A stretch of 64,000 nt of DNA from an uncultured Muribaculaceae bacterium (GCA_964425325.1 CAYRLX010000003.1:30855-94854); one strand, 5' to 3'. Positions 35,641-45,365 are shown, counted from the stretch's first letter. Notes: generated by a model from the sequence alone, not told the origin. A program made the numbers and translations.

Positions 35641-37599
35641 ATGAAAAAATCAAAAAAGGGTTTAAAAGTATTTATATTCTTTTTTGTTATTTTCTTGATT
35701 ATATATTTCGGTATTTATTGGTATGCCGGAAAATTAGAAAAACTTTCTATTAAAGGCGCGAATGGTTATTTTTTATATGATGTTAATGATGAGATATATA
35801 CTACTGGTTCTAATGAATGGACTAAGCTTAGTGACATTTCTTCTTATTTAAAAAATGCGACTATTTCTATAGAGGATAAGAATTTTTATAAGCATCAGGG
35901 GTTTGACTTTTTTCGAATTGTTAAGGCTTTAATGATAAATGTTAAAAGTAAAAGTAATAGTCAAGGAGCTTCTACTATAACTCAGCAACTTTCTAAAAAT
36001 CTGTTTTTGAATTTTGATAAAACTTGGTCTCGTAAAATGAAGGAAGCTTGGATTACTTTAAGACTTGAAACCCATTACAGTAAGGATAAGATTTTAGAAG
36101 GTTACTTAAATACAATTAATTATGGTGGAATATTTGGTATTGAAAATGCTTCTAATTATTATTTTGGAAAAAAATCTTCTGATCTCTCTTTAGCTGAATC
36201 TTCAATTTTAGCAGGAATTCCTAAGAATCCTAGCAAATATTCTCCTCTAACTAATTTTGAAGAGGCAAAAAAAAGGCAAAAGTTAATTTTAAATTCTATG
36301 GTTAAGAATGGCTATATTAATTCTAGCGAAGCAGATTCAGCGTATAATGAAGACCTTATTTTTAAAAAAGGTGAAGAAGATAATGGTCTTAAGATGGTCA
36401 TGTATTATCAAGATGCGGTAATTAATGAGCTTAAAAAAATAGATACTATTCCTTCTTCTTTTTTACAAACTGGTGGTCTTAAAATTTATACTAATTTAGA
36501 CAATAATGTCCAAAAAATTTTAGAGGATAGTGCGAACAAAAATATAGATAATTCTGACATTGAACTTGCTTCTATTATCGTAGAACCTAGCACTGGTAAG
36601 ATTCTTGCTTTAACTGGTGGCAGGGATTATGATAAAAGTGAATTTAACAGAGCTACTAATTCTAAAAGACAAGTTGGGTCTACTATAAAGCCTTTTCTTT
36701 ATTATTCTGCTTTGGAAAATGGTTTTACTCCTTCTACAACTTTTACTAGTGAAAAAACTACTTTTAGCTTTTCAGGTGGAAAAACTTATACTCCTAAAAA
36801 TTACAATGATAAATATGCTGGTGGGCCTATTAGTTTAGCAGCTGCTATTAGTTATTCTGACAATATTTATGCCGTTAAAACTCATCTGTTTTTAGGGGAT
36901 GGAGCTTTAACTAATATTTTAGGAAGAGTTGGTATTAATAATCATTTTAGTGATTTACCTTCTCTAGCGCTTGGAGCTGAAGAGATAGATATGATGAGTA
37001 TGATAGGTGCTTATTCAGTTTTAGCTAATGAAGGGAATAAAGTAACTCCTTATTTAATTAGAAAAATTACTGATATGGATGGGAATACTTTATATGAGCA
37101 CAATACTAATAGTGAAGCCGTTTTAAATAAAAGTACAGTATATGTTTTAAATGAACTTTTAACTACTACTTATGCCAATGAGTTTAAAGATTATAACTCA
37201 CCTACTTGTCTAAGTATTTTTCCTAAAATGACTCACAAGTATGCCATTAAAAGTGGAACTACTAATACGGATAATTTGATATTTGGATATAATAAATCTC
37301 TTTTAGTTGGTATTTGGACTGGATATGATGATAATAAGTATGTTAGTAATTCTGATAGTTCTAATATAAAAAATATGTGGGTTGATATAATGGAATCTTA
37401 TTTATCTGGCAAGAAGGATGAAGATACTTGGTATAAAACTCCTAATAATGTAGTTGGTGTTGCGATTGATCCTATCAGTGGTACTGTTGCATCTGATGGT
37501 AAAAAATCTAAGATTTTATATTATATTAAAGGTACTGAACCTTCTTTGAATAAGAAGTCTTTAGATGATGTTATTCCAACTGTAAAGCTCGAAGAATAA
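35641..37599 (+). CDS. Class A penicillin-binding protein (PBP1A-type glycosyltransferase/transpeptidase)
   Basis: GT51 motifs ('ATISIEDKNFYKHQGFD', 'GASTITQQLSKN', 'RKMKEAWITLRLE') and a transpeptidase domain ('STIKPF', 'KSGTT'). The start is the ATG at 35641; the ORF-track extension back to 35410 overlaps the DUF1934 gene. Confidence 0.9.
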   Translation: MKKSKKGLKVFIFFFVIFLIIYFGIYWYAGKLEKLSIKGANGYFLYDVNDEIYTTGSNEWTKLSDISSYLKNATISIEDKNFYKHQGFDFFRIVKALMINVKSKSNSQGASTITQQLSKNLFLNFDKTWSRKMKEAWITLRLETHYSKDKILEGYLNTINYGGIFGIENASNYYFGKKSSDLSLAESSILAGIPKNPSKYSPLTNFEEAKKRQKLILNSMVKNGYINSSEADSAYNEDLIFKKGEEDNGLKMVMYYQDAVINELKKIDTIPSSFLQTGGLKIYTNLDNNVQKILEDSANKNIDNSDIELASIIVEPSTGKILALTGGRDYDKSEFNRATNSKRQVGSTIKPFLYYSALENGFTPSTTFTSEKTTFSFSGGKTYTPKNYNDKYAGGPISLAAAISYSDNIYAVKTHLFLGDGALTNILGRVGINNHFSDLPSLALGAEEIDMMSMIGAYSVLANEGNKVTPYLIRKITDMDGNTLYEHNTNSEAVLNKSTVYVLNELLTTTYANEFKDYNSPTCLSIFPKMTHKYAIKSGTTNTDNLIFGYNKSLLVGIWTGYDDNKYVSNSDSSNIKNMWVDIMESYLSGKKDEDTWYKTPNNVVGVAIDPISGTVASDGKKSKILYYIKGTEPSLNKKSLDDVIPTVKLEE

Positions 37600-37626
37600 T
37601 CTTTTAATTTTTACTTAAATAGAAAG

Positions 37627-37661
37627 AAAAAACATTTTCCTATTTGGTCAAATGTTTTTTT
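37627..37661. terminator. Bidirectional terminator between the PBP1A gene and pduL
   Basis: AAAACATT...AATGTTTT 8-bp stem with flanking A- and T-runs. Confidence 0.5.
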
Positions 37662-37682
37662 AGATTATTCTGTAAATTATAA

Positions 37683-38258
37683 CTATTCTTTTATTATTTC
37701 TAATTCGTCTCCTGTTTTTACGTTGAAGGCATTGCCATCATCTGTATCTAAGTGAAGTTCAAATTTAAAGTTTTCGTCTACTCTAATATGAACATTATCT
37801 AAAACTCCTGCTTTTTCTCCCTCAACTTTTATTTTTACTTTCTCTATTCCTTCTAAGCCATATTCTTTGGCTTCATTTGGATTTATATGGATGTGTCTAT
37901 TAGCTATTATGCAGCCTTCTTCTAAGTATACTTCTTTATCTTCGTTTACTAAAGTTATGGCTGCTGAACCTTTTATATCTCCCGAATCTCTTACTGGAGG
38001 ATTTACTTTCAATGCATAGCTATCTGTTTTTGAAATTTCTACTTGGTTATATTTTCTAAGTGGCCCTAAAACTCTTACGTGTTTTATTTCTCTACCCTCA
38101 TTTTTTAATGTTACAAATTTGTTTGAGGCGAACTGTCCTGGTTGTCTTAATTCTTTTACTACTTCTAATTTTTCTTCATTAAATAATTTTTTATATGTTT
38201 CTTCTGTTAAATGTACGTGTCTATTTGATACACCTAATAATACTTTCACTTTAATCAC
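37683..38258 (-). CDS. pduL: Phosphate propanoyl/acetyl-transferase PduL
   Basis: Two PduL repeats with 'GVSNRHVHLTEE' and 'IIANRHIHINPNEA' motifs. The start is GTG at 38258 or 38249. Confidence 0.88.
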   Translation of the reverse strand: MIKVKVLLGVSNRHVHLTEETYKKLFNEEKLEVVKELRQPGQFASNKFVTLKNEGREIKHVRVLGPLRKYNQVEISKTDSYALKVNPPVRDSGDIKGSAAITLVNEDKEVYLEEGCIIANRHIHINPNEAKEYGLEGIEKVKIKVEGEKAGVLDNVHIRVDENFKFELHLDTDDGNAFNVKTGDELEIIKE

Positions 38259-38348
38259 CTATTTAAGTATAAAATAAAAATTTTTATTATTCAATATTTT
38301 GTTATATTTTTTTTTGCTTTAAATATACTTATTTTGAGGTGAAAGTGT

Positions 38349-38711
38349 ATGAATAATAGTTTTGCTAATCAAGGCAATTTTCCAGGTAGTCCTTTATTTA
38401 ATAGTGGAAATACTAGTCCTAATCAACAAAATCAAATGAATTATTCTAATACCGTTTTTGAACAGTCTTATATTGAAAATATATTAAGGCTTAACAGGGG
38501 TAAAAAAGTTGAAATATATGCATCATATCCTGATTCTAGTGATTGGCGTGATATGGTTTTTAAAGGTATTGTAGAACAATCTGGACGAGATCATATAATC
38601 TTAAGTGATCCTAAAACTGGAGATTGGTATTTAATTTTAATAATTTATGTTAATTATATTAAATTCGATGAGAGGATAATTTATAATCCTGATTTTTATC
38701 CAAATAATTGA
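38349..38711 (+). CDS. gerQ: Spore coat protein GerQ
   Basis: Q/N-rich N-terminus, then 'QSYIENILRLNRGKKVEIYASYPDS..W....FKGIVEQSGRDHIILSDPKTGDWYLILIIYVNYIKFDE', closely matching the GerQ/YwdL core. Confidence 0.88.
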   Translation: MNNSFANQGNFPGSPLFNSGNTSPNQQNQMNYSNTVFEQSYIENILRLNRGKKVEIYASYPDSSDWRDMVFKGIVEQSGRDHIILSDPKTGDWYLILIIYVNYIKFDERIIYNPDFYPNN

Positions 38712-38745
38712 TAATTTAAAATAAGTCTGCTATAATTATTTTAGG

Positions 38746-39300
38746 GTGAAGGATATGGGATTATTTATAACATTGATTATCTTATTTATTCTTATTGTTT
38801 TGATTATTTTATTAATTATCTCTTCTTATAATAAGTTTCAAGTTTATATAATTAGAATTAATGAAGCTGAAACTAATATTGATTCTGTCTTAAGAAAGAG
38901 GTTTGATTTACTTAATAAGTCTACCGAAATAATTAAAGAAGTTACGAAAACTGAGGATAATGTTTTAGTTCAGGTTGAAAGACTTAAATCAAAGAAATTA
39001 TCTAATTTTGAACTTGATAGAAAGTTATATGACTGTCTAAAGGAATTTAACAGGTATAAGGAAAGATATCCTAAATTAAAAAACAATGAGTCATTTGTAA
39101 AAATTGATGTCGATTTGAATGAGTCTGAAGCTGAAATAACAGCTTTTAGAAAATATTATAATGACATAATTACCGATTATAATAAAATGGTTAAGTCTTT
39201 TCCTTCTAATTTGATTGCTTTTTTCTTTAAATTTAAATCTAAATTATATTTTGATGGTAAAGATATGAGCGATGATGATATTAGGGATTTTAAACTATAG
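38746..39300 (+). CDS. lemA: LemA family protein
   Basis: N-terminal TM, then 'YNKFQVYIIRINEAETNIDSVLRKRFDLL...' and 'FRKYYNDIITDYNKMVKSFPSNLIA', typical of LemA. Confidence 0.85.
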   Translation: MKDMGLFITLIILFILIVLIILLIISSYNKFQVYIIRINEAETNIDSVLRKRFDLLNKSTEIIKEVTKTEDNVLVQVERLKSKKLSNFELDRKLYDCLKEFNRYKERYPKLKNNESFVKIDVDLNESEAEITAFRKYYNDIITDYNKMVKSFPSNLIAFFFKFKSKLYFDGKDMSDDDIRDFKL

Positions 39301-39352
39301 GTCTTAAAAGACCTTTTTTTGTTATATTTTTTTTCTTTTTTCATATACTTTA

Positions 39353-40144
39353 ATGGGTGATGTGATGGATTTTAAAGTTGGTGATTTAGTCACTCGTAAT
39401 TCTCACGGTAATGATGTTATTTTTAAAATTACTAATATTTTAGATGGAGCTGATTTAAAGGGAGTTAATGTAAGATTAATTGCTCATGCTAGTTTAGACG
39501 ATTTATCAATGTACAACAATGAAGATATTGAACATGAGGAAAGTTTTTTAAAAAGAATTGCTGAACCTACTAACTTAGATAGGAATGATTATTTTTATAT
39601 TCCCGGAAAAATACTTCACATAGATAGTGATTCAGATTATTTAAGTAGGTGTTTAGATTACTATGAAAAATCAAATGTATGGTCGATGGGAATTAATGAG
39701 AAGGAAGAAAATATATCTGACAATATTATTATGTGGCTTGAGAAGTATAAGCCTAATATAGTTGTAATAACTGGTCATGATGCATACTATAAGCGAAAAG
39801 GCGCTATAAATGATATAAATGCTTATAAGAATAGTAGTAATTTTGTTAATGCTATTAAGAAAGCTCGTGAGTATGAAAATAGTCATGAAAAACTCATTAT
39901 TATAGCTGGTGGATGTGGGTCCTGTTATGAAGAATTAATAAAAGCTGGAGCTAATTTTGCATCTAGTCCTAAGAGGATTAATATTCATGCATTAGATCCT
40001 GCAGTCATTGCGACTCTTATGAGTTTGTCAGATATTAATAAGCTTATTGATTTAAAAGAAATATTAGAAAAAACAAAGTATGGCAAGGATGGTATTGGGG
40101 GGATAATTACGAAAGGAACTATGTATGTTGGATATCCAAGGTAG
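39353..40144 (+). CDS. yabG: Sporulation-specific protease YabG
   Basis: 'GDLVTR.SHGNDVIFKI', 'PGKILHIDSDSDYL..CL', 'VVITGHDAY', 'AGGCGSCYEELIKAGANFASSPKRINIHALDP' align closely with B. subtilis YabG. The start could be the ATG at 39365. Confidence 0.9.
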   Translation: MGDVMDFKVGDLVTRNSHGNDVIFKITNILDGADLKGVNVRLIAHASLDDLSMYNNEDIEHEESFLKRIAEPTNLDRNDYFYIPGKILHIDSDSDYLSRCLDYYEKSNVWSMGINEKEENISDNIIMWLEKYKPNIVVITGHDAYYKRKGAINDINAYKNSSNFVNAIKKAREYENSHEKLIIIAGGCGSCYEELIKAGANFASSPKRINIHALDPAVIATLMSLSDINKLIDLKEILEKTKYGKDGIGGIITKGTMYVGYPR

Positions 40145-40160
40145 ATTATGTAGTAATGAG

Positions 40161-40358
40161 ATGATTAAAAACTATTTACTTCCCTATATCGGCAAAAAGG
40201 TACGAATTAAATATAATCTTGGAAGGAATAAATACGAAAGCTTTTATGCTGAAATAATAAATGTTTATAACTGTTTATTTTTAGTCAAATTGGAGGATAA
40301 TACTATCAAATCTTTTTCATTTTCTGATATTATTACTAAAAAAATTAAATTTACATAA
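40161..40358 (+). CDS. veg: Veg protein
   Basis: 'IKNYLLPYIGKKVRIKYNLGRNKYESFYAEIINVYNCLFLVKLEDNTIKSFSFSDIITKKIKF' follows the Veg pattern and sits downstream of yabG as in Bacillus. Confidence 0.8.
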   Translation: MIKNYLLPYIGKKVRIKYNLGRNKYESFYAEIINVYNCLFLVKLEDNTIKSFSFSDIITKKIKFT

Positions 40359-40375
40359 TAAAACACGTTAAATTG

Positions 40376-40405
40376 TTGACAATTTTATTATAAATATTGT
40401 ACAAT
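40376..40405 (+). promoter_or_regulatory. Promoter upstream of spoVG
   Basis: TTGACA, 18 nt spacer, then TACAAT, about 35 nt upstream of the spoVG TTG start. Confidence 0.5.
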
Positions 40406-40439
40406 TATATTGAAATCATGCTAGAAGGGAGAGGTTATC

Positions 40440-40706
40440 TTGAAAATTACATCAGTTAATGTTCGTAAGGTGGACAGTGAGAACCGTATGCGTGGTATCG
40501 CTTCAGTAGTGCTAGATGATTGCTTCGCTATTCACGGAATTAGAATTATCTCTGGTGATAATGGTTTATTTACCGCTATGCCTAGTCGTAAATCTAATGA
40601 TGGCACATATCACGATATTGCTCATCCAATCACTCCAGAATGCCGTAAGCAATTTGAAGATGCGATTATTGAGGAATATAATAATACTAAAGAAGAAGAA
40701 GAATAA
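40440..40706 (+). CDS. spoVG: Septation/RNA-binding protein SpoVG
   Basis: 'KITSVNVRKVDSENRMRGIASVVLDDCFAIHGIRIISGDNGLFTAMPSRKSNDGTYHDIAHPIT' is a canonical SpoVG. TTG start with a GGGAGAGG RBS. Confidence 0.93.
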   Translation: MKITSVNVRKVDSENRMRGIASVVLDDCFAIHGIRIISGDNGLFTAMPSRKSNDGTYHDIAHPITPECRKQFEDAIIEEYNNTKEEEE

Positions 40707-40754
40707 TTCTTCTTTTTTTGTATATATTTACATATTATTATTTAGGAGGCGTTT

Positions 40755-41042
40755 ATGGACAAAATAGATAGTGTTATTACTTCTTTAAATCACAGTGTAA
40801 CTATTAATGAAAGAAAAAATATCATAATAACTGGTGTTAAAAAAATTGAAAGCTTTGATGAGGAAGAGTTTTTTATGGAAACTAGTATGGGGAATCTCAC
40901 ATTAAAAGGTGAAGGACTTGAAATAATTAAATTGGATACTTATCAAGGTAATGTTTCTATAAAAGGTAAAGCTAATAGTATCACTTATTCTGAAGGCGCT
41001 AGAGAAAAAGAATCAGGACTGTTTAATAAGTTATTTAAATGA
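40755..41042 (+). CDS. yabP: Sporulation protein YabP
   Basis: 'HSVTINERKNIIITGVKKIESFDEEEFFMETSMGNLTLKGEGLEIIKLD' fits the YabP pattern. Its end is coupled to the next gene by a 4-nt overlap. Confidence 0.88.
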   Translation: MDKIDSVITSLNHSVTINERKNIIITGVKKIESFDEEEFFMETSMGNLTLKGEGLEIIKLDTYQGNVSIKGKANSITYSEGAREKESGLFNKLFK

Positions 41043-41314
41043 TTGATTTAAAGGTTCAGATTGTTTCTTTGTTGTTTTCTTTTTTGTTTGGATTTTTATT
41101 TTCTTTGTTTTTATTTATTAATAGAAAAATAATATATAACAAGTTTACTATTATTAAAATTTTTGGAACTATTATTATTGTTTTTATTAGTACTACTTTC
41201 TACTTTAATGTTATGCAAAGAATAGATAATTCCTTTTTTCACTTATACCATTTGTTAATGATTGTACTTGGTTTTATTTTTAATAGATTCTTTATTAAAA
41301 TTGTAAAGTTTTAA
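41039..41314 (+). CDS. yabQ: Spore cortex biosynthesis protein YabQ
   Basis: 91-aa polytopic membrane protein overlapping the yabP stop. The call rests on position and topology. Confidence 0.7.
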   Translation: MIDLKVQIVSLLFSFLFGFLFSLFLFINRKIIYNKFTIIKIFGTIIIVFISTTFYFNVMQRIDNSFFHLYHLLMIVLGFIFNRFFIKIVKF

Positions 41315-41351
41315 AAAAAATGATATACTTTTGTTAATGGTAGGTGATGGG

Positions 41352-41792
41352 ATGGCAAAGAAGAAAGTAATGTCTAAAGGTGCAAAAAGAAGACTCGCTT
41401 GGCTTGCTCCTCTTTCCCTTTTCATAATTGGATATTTTATTTTTACTTTAATAACTACTACTGTTAGTTTATACAATTTACATAAAGAGGAAAAAATGCT
41501 TAATGAAAAATTAACTAATTTAAGAGGAGATGCTAAATCTTTAAAAACTGAAATAAATAAGCTTCAAGATAAGGAATATGTGGCTAGGTATGCTAGAGAA
41601 AATTATTTATACACTAAAAATGGCGAATATGTTATAAAATTAGATGATGATGGAAAAAAAATAACAAAAGTCAAAGCTAATTATAATGATGACTATTTAA
41701 TATATGGGTGTTCTTTTATATTTGTTCTTATATTTTTGTTTATATTAAAAAGGCATTTTAAAAGTAAGAAAAAAAAGAAAAAACGCAAATAG
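41352..41792 (+). CDS. divIC: Septum formation initiator (DivIC/FtsB family) with an extra C-terminal hydrophobic segment
   Basis: N-terminal TM and coiled coil 'LHKEEKMLNEKLTNLRGDAKSLKTEINKLQDKEYVARYARENY'. AGGTGA RBS before the ATG at 41352. The C-terminus adds 'YLIYGCSFIFVLIFLFIL' plus a poly-Lys tail. Confidence 0.8.
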   Translation: MAKKKVMSKGAKRRLAWLAPLSLFIIGYFIFTLITTTVSLYNLHKEEKMLNEKLTNLRGDAKSLKTEINKLQDKEYVARYARENYLYTKNGEYVIKLDDDGKKITKVKANYNDDYLIYGCSFIFVLIFLFILKRHFKSKKKKKKRK

Positions 41793-41801
41793 CGTTTTTT
41801 T
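41775..41801. terminator. Bidirectional terminator between divIC and ftsX
   Basis: AAACGC-AAATA-GCGTTT hairpin flanked by an A-run and a T-run. Confidence 0.6.
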
Positions 41802-42699
41802 ATATTTTTAAATATTTTTTTACAGCTCTCCAAGATCCAAACATACCAACTAGTATTCCTATTAGTAATAATACTAGTGAAGTTATGTATACAAATGGTG
41901 TTGGTTTTATTAGTTTGATAAAGTCAGAGAATAAGTGGCCACCAAAGTGTTTATATAATGAGTTATATCCATATATTGTTCCTATTATTGGAACGATTGA
42001 TCCAAGCATTCCAAGTAATAATCCCTCGATTATGAATGGAATTCTAATGTTTAAGTTTGAGGCACCTATTAATCTCATTATTCCAATTTCTGTTTTTCTT
42101 GAATTTATTGTTATTTTAATTGTATTTGAAATTAGGAAAGCTGTTACTATAATAAGAGCTACTACAGCACCAATACATATTTTATGGATAAATTCGAATG
42201 TTGAAATAAGCTGATCTACCATTCCTTCTCCATATTTAACTAAGGTTATTCCATCTATTTTCTTTATTTCGTTGGCTGTTTTTTCTATTTCATTAATATC
42301 TACTACTTTTACTTGATAAGTGTTTTGTATTGGATTTTCTTCATCGTCCCAGTTTTTCATTATACTATCAAAACTTTCTGATGAATCTCGCATTTCTTTA
42401 GTTATTTTTTGTTTTGATTTATATTCTATTTTATCAACGTTATCAATTGATGCAATTTTATCTTTTATCTCTTCTATGTCTTTCTTTTCTGCTTTGTTAT
42501 CAATAAATGATACTATGGTTACATCTTTCTCTACTAATTTTGTAAAGTTATCTACATTTTGTGATAATACTATAGATACGGCTACTACGATTAATGTTAT
42601 CGTTATACATGAGATTGAGGCAAATGATAATGAAAAATTTCTAAATACGCCTTTAAAAGCATCTCTTATATTTCTTCCTATTATTCTAAATGTCTTCAT
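41800..42699 (-). CDS. ftsX: Cell division permease-like protein FtsX
   Basis: 299 aa with 4 TM helices, a large extracellular loop after TM1 and 'MRLIGASN'. It overlaps the ftsE stop. Confidence 0.88.
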   Translation of the reverse strand: MKTFRIIGRNIRDAFKGVFRNFSLSFASISCITITLIVVAVSIVLSQNVDNFTKLVEKDVTIVSFIDNKAEKKDIEEIKDKIASIDNVDKIEYKSKQKITKEMRDSSESFDSIMKNWDDEENPIQNTYQVKVVDINEIEKTANEIKKIDGITLVKYGEGMVDQLISTFEFIHKICIGAVVALIIVTAFLISNTIKITINSRKTEIGIMRLIGASNLNIRIPFIIEGLLLGMLGSIVPIIGTIYGYNSLYKHFGGHLFSDFIKLIKPTPFVYITSLVLLLIGILVGMFGSWRAVKKYLKI

Positions 42700-43391
42700 T
42701 ACTTATACGTTCCTTTCTCGTAATTTTTTAATAATCTTCCTGAATCTAGTACGATAACTCTTTTATTCATTTCTTTTACTATATCTATGTCATGAGTAAC
42801 CATTATAATAGTAGTTCCTAATTTATTTATTTCTTCTAAGACTTTCATTATTTCCATACTTGTTTTTGGGTCTAGGTTTCCTGTTGGCTCATCGCATATT
42901 AATAGTTTAGGTCCATTTACTATAGCTCTTGCGATAGCAACTCTCTGCTGCTCTCCTCCAGATAATTGTGCTGGATAGTTTTTGATTTTACTTTTTAGTC
43001 CAACTAAATCTAAAACTTTTACTACTTTTGAGTGTATTTCATCTTTTGGTAGTCCAAATATTTCTAGGGCAAATGCAACATTTTCAAATACTGTAGATCT
43101 TGGAAGTAATTTATAATCTTGAAATACTACCCCTATTTTTCTTCTTATTTTATATACTTTACCATTTCTTAGTTTTCCTACATCTATTCCACCAACTACT
43201 ATTTGTCCAGCTGTTGGTTTTTCTTCTCTATATAACATTTTAATTAAGGTACTTTTTCCACATCCTGTAGATCCTATTATGAATACAAAGTCCCCTTTTT
43301 CTATTGATAAGTTTAAGTCTTGAATAGCTGTAACTCCTGTTTTGTATGTTTTTCTTACATTGGTTAATCTTATTAAGTCCATTTTTTTCAC
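42699..43391 (-). CDS. ftsE: Cell division ATP-binding protein FtsE
   Basis: Walker A 'GSTGCGKST', 'LSGGEQQRVAIARA' and Walker B 'LLICDEPTGNLD'. The alternative start is the ATG at 43382. Confidence 0.9.
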   Translation of the reverse strand: MKKMDLIRLTNVRKTYKTGVTAIQDLNLSIEKGDFVFIIGSTGCGKSTLIKMLYREEKPTAGQIVVGGIDVGKLRNGKVYKIRRKIGVVFQDYKLLPRSTVFENVAFALEIFGLPKDEIHSKVVKVLDLVGLKSKIKNYPAQLSGGEQQRVAIARAIVNGPKLLICDEPTGNLDPKTSMEIMKVLEEINKLGTTIIMVTHDIDIVKEMNKRVIVLDSGRLLKNYEKGTYK

Positions 43392-43397
43392 TTCTTT

Positions 43398-44282
43398 CTA
43401 TCTACCTTGAATTTCGTAAGTATCGATTGCTATTACAAAGGCTTCAGGGTCTAATTTTTTTATTCCTTCTGTGGCGAGAAAATACTCTCTAGTCGGTATT
43501 GCACATAAAAGCATTTTCTTTTTTTCACTTGTATATCCACCTTTTGCGTCTATTTCTGTAATTCCATGGTTTAGGTTTTTTGTAATAAACTGTTTTATTT
43601 CTTCTTCCTTACTTGTTACTATTTGGAGTGTTTTATATTCTGAAATTCCCATTATTACTTTGTCACTTATTTTTCCAGATGTCACTAGTGTTATTAGGGA
43701 ATATATAAAAGCTTGCCAGCCAAATACTATTCCTCCTAAAAACATAATTAGTCCTTCTGAATATATATTGGCTTTGCTGTATGGCATTTTTCCATATTTT
43801 GCGAATATTTGCTTTAAAATATCTGTTCCACCGCTATTATAGTTATTTTTAAATACTATTCCTGTTCCTAGCCCTGATATAGTTGCTCCACACAAAGCAA
43901 TTACTATTGGCTCTGTTCCACTTAAATCAATATATTGTGGTAAAAATTCTGTCATTTTTATGCATAATGGATATAGTAGTGAGCCTATAATTGATACTCT
44001 TGCTTTTTCTTTTCCTAAAAAAATATAACAAGCTATTAATAGTAATATATTACCTATTAGGATAACAAGTGATGGGTCTATAGCAAATAATTTTTCGGCA
44101 ATAATAGATAATCCACTTACTCCAAATATTAAATGACTTGGCTTTATGAACAGATTAAATGAGGCGGATAATAATAGAATTCCTATTATAAACATAAATG
44201 TTCTTTTTATTTTTTTACTTTCGTGTATTTCTTTAAGCAAGGCTGCATTATCTATATGTTTCATGTGATTAAATAATTTCAT
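43398..44282 (-). CDS. YitT family membrane protein (DUF2179 C-terminal domain)
   Basis: Five TM helices ('GGTDIL' motif) and a C-terminal DUF2179-like 'HGITEIDAKGGYTSEKKKMLLCAIPTREY...'. Confidence 0.8.
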   Translation of the reverse strand: MKLFNHMKHIDNAALLKEIHESKKIKRTFMFIIGILLLSASFNLFIKPSHLIFGVSGLSIIAEKLFAIDPSLVILIGNILLLIACYIFLGKEKARVSIIGSLLYPLCIKMTEFLPQYIDLSGTEPIVIALCGATISGLGTGIVFKNNYNSGGTDILKQIFAKYGKMPYSKANIYSEGLIMFLGGIVFGWQAFIYSLITLVTSGKISDKVIMGISEYKTLQIVTSKEEEIKQFITKNLNHGITEIDAKGGYTSEKKKMLLCAIPTREYFLATEGIKKLDPEAFVIAIDTYEIQGR

Positions 44283-45365
44283 CTAGCATTCCTCCTTAAG
44301 TTTGCGTTTATGAATTTATCAATATCTCCATCTAACACCTTACTTACGTTTGTCTCTTCTACATTTGTTCTGTGGTCTTTAACTAATGAATATGGGTGCA
44401 TGACATAGCTTCTTATTTGTGATCCGAAGTTGATGTCTTTATTTTCTCCTTTAAGCTCTTTTAATTCGTTTTTTTTGTTTTCTTCTTCTATTTCATACAG
44501 TTTACTTTTTAGTATTTGCATTGCTTTATCTTTGTTCTGTACTTGGCTTCTTTCGTTTTGACAAGTAACAACTATTCCTGATGGAAGGTGTGTTATTCTA
44601 ACTGCACTATCTGTTGTATTTACTGATTGTCCTCCTGCTCCTGATGAGTGGAAAACATCTATTTTTAGATCATTTGGATTTATATCTACTATTACTTTAT
44701 CATCTATTACTGGTGTTACGCTTATAGATGCGAATGAGGTATGTCTTCTAGCATTTGAATCAAATGGTGATATTCTAACTAATCTATGGATTCCTTTTTC
44801 GTTTTTTAAATATCCATATGCATTTATTCCATTTACTATAATTGACATACTTTTTATTCCTGTTTCTAGTCCATTTTGTTTATCTATTATCTCTTCTTTA
44901 TATCCTTTTTTAAGTATCCATTTTGAATACATTCTATATAACATATTTGCCCAGTCGCATGCTTCTGTTCCACCAGCTCCAGAGTGTATTTCTAATATAG
45001 CGTTATTTTTATCGTATTCGTCTTTTAGAAGAACTTCTATTTCTAGGTCTTCTATTTGTTTTTTTAGTTTATTTATTTCTTCTTCAGCTAGTTCTATAGC
45101 TTCATCTGTTTCTTTTAGGGTTTCGTTTATAAATTCTATTTCTTCTTTTATTTTTTTTGCTTTATCTAGGTTTTCTTTAATAGAATTATACTGTCCTATT
45201 ACTTCTTCTGCTTTTTTTCTATCATCCCAAAAATCTGGTTTTTTCATTATATTATCAAGTTCTGTTAGTTTTTTTTGTTTATTTTCGGCGTCAAAGTGAC
45301 CTCCATATATCATTTATTTGGGCTTGATAATTACTATATATATTTATTAATTCTTTTTTATCCAT
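44279..45365 (-). CDS. prfB: Peptide chain release factor 2, with programmed +1 frameshift
   Basis: Frame 0 runs from the ATG at 45365 ('MDKKELINIYSNYQAQINDIWRSL') to TGA at 45291-45293. The site is GGAGG-TCA-CTT-TGA-C, the classic CUU UGA C shift with an upstream SD-like element. The +1 frame continues 'DAENKQKK...'. SPF-region 'RISPFDS' and the GGQ motif are present. Confidence 0.95.

Noticed and set aside
42320-42757. 145-aa plus-strand ORF, and the similar 50533..50979, 13662..14036, 26505..26822 and 19798..20124
   Set aside because: All lie antisense inside strongly supported genes (ftsX/ftsE, rny, pyk, polC, polA). All have low-complexity hydrophobic composition and no translation signals.
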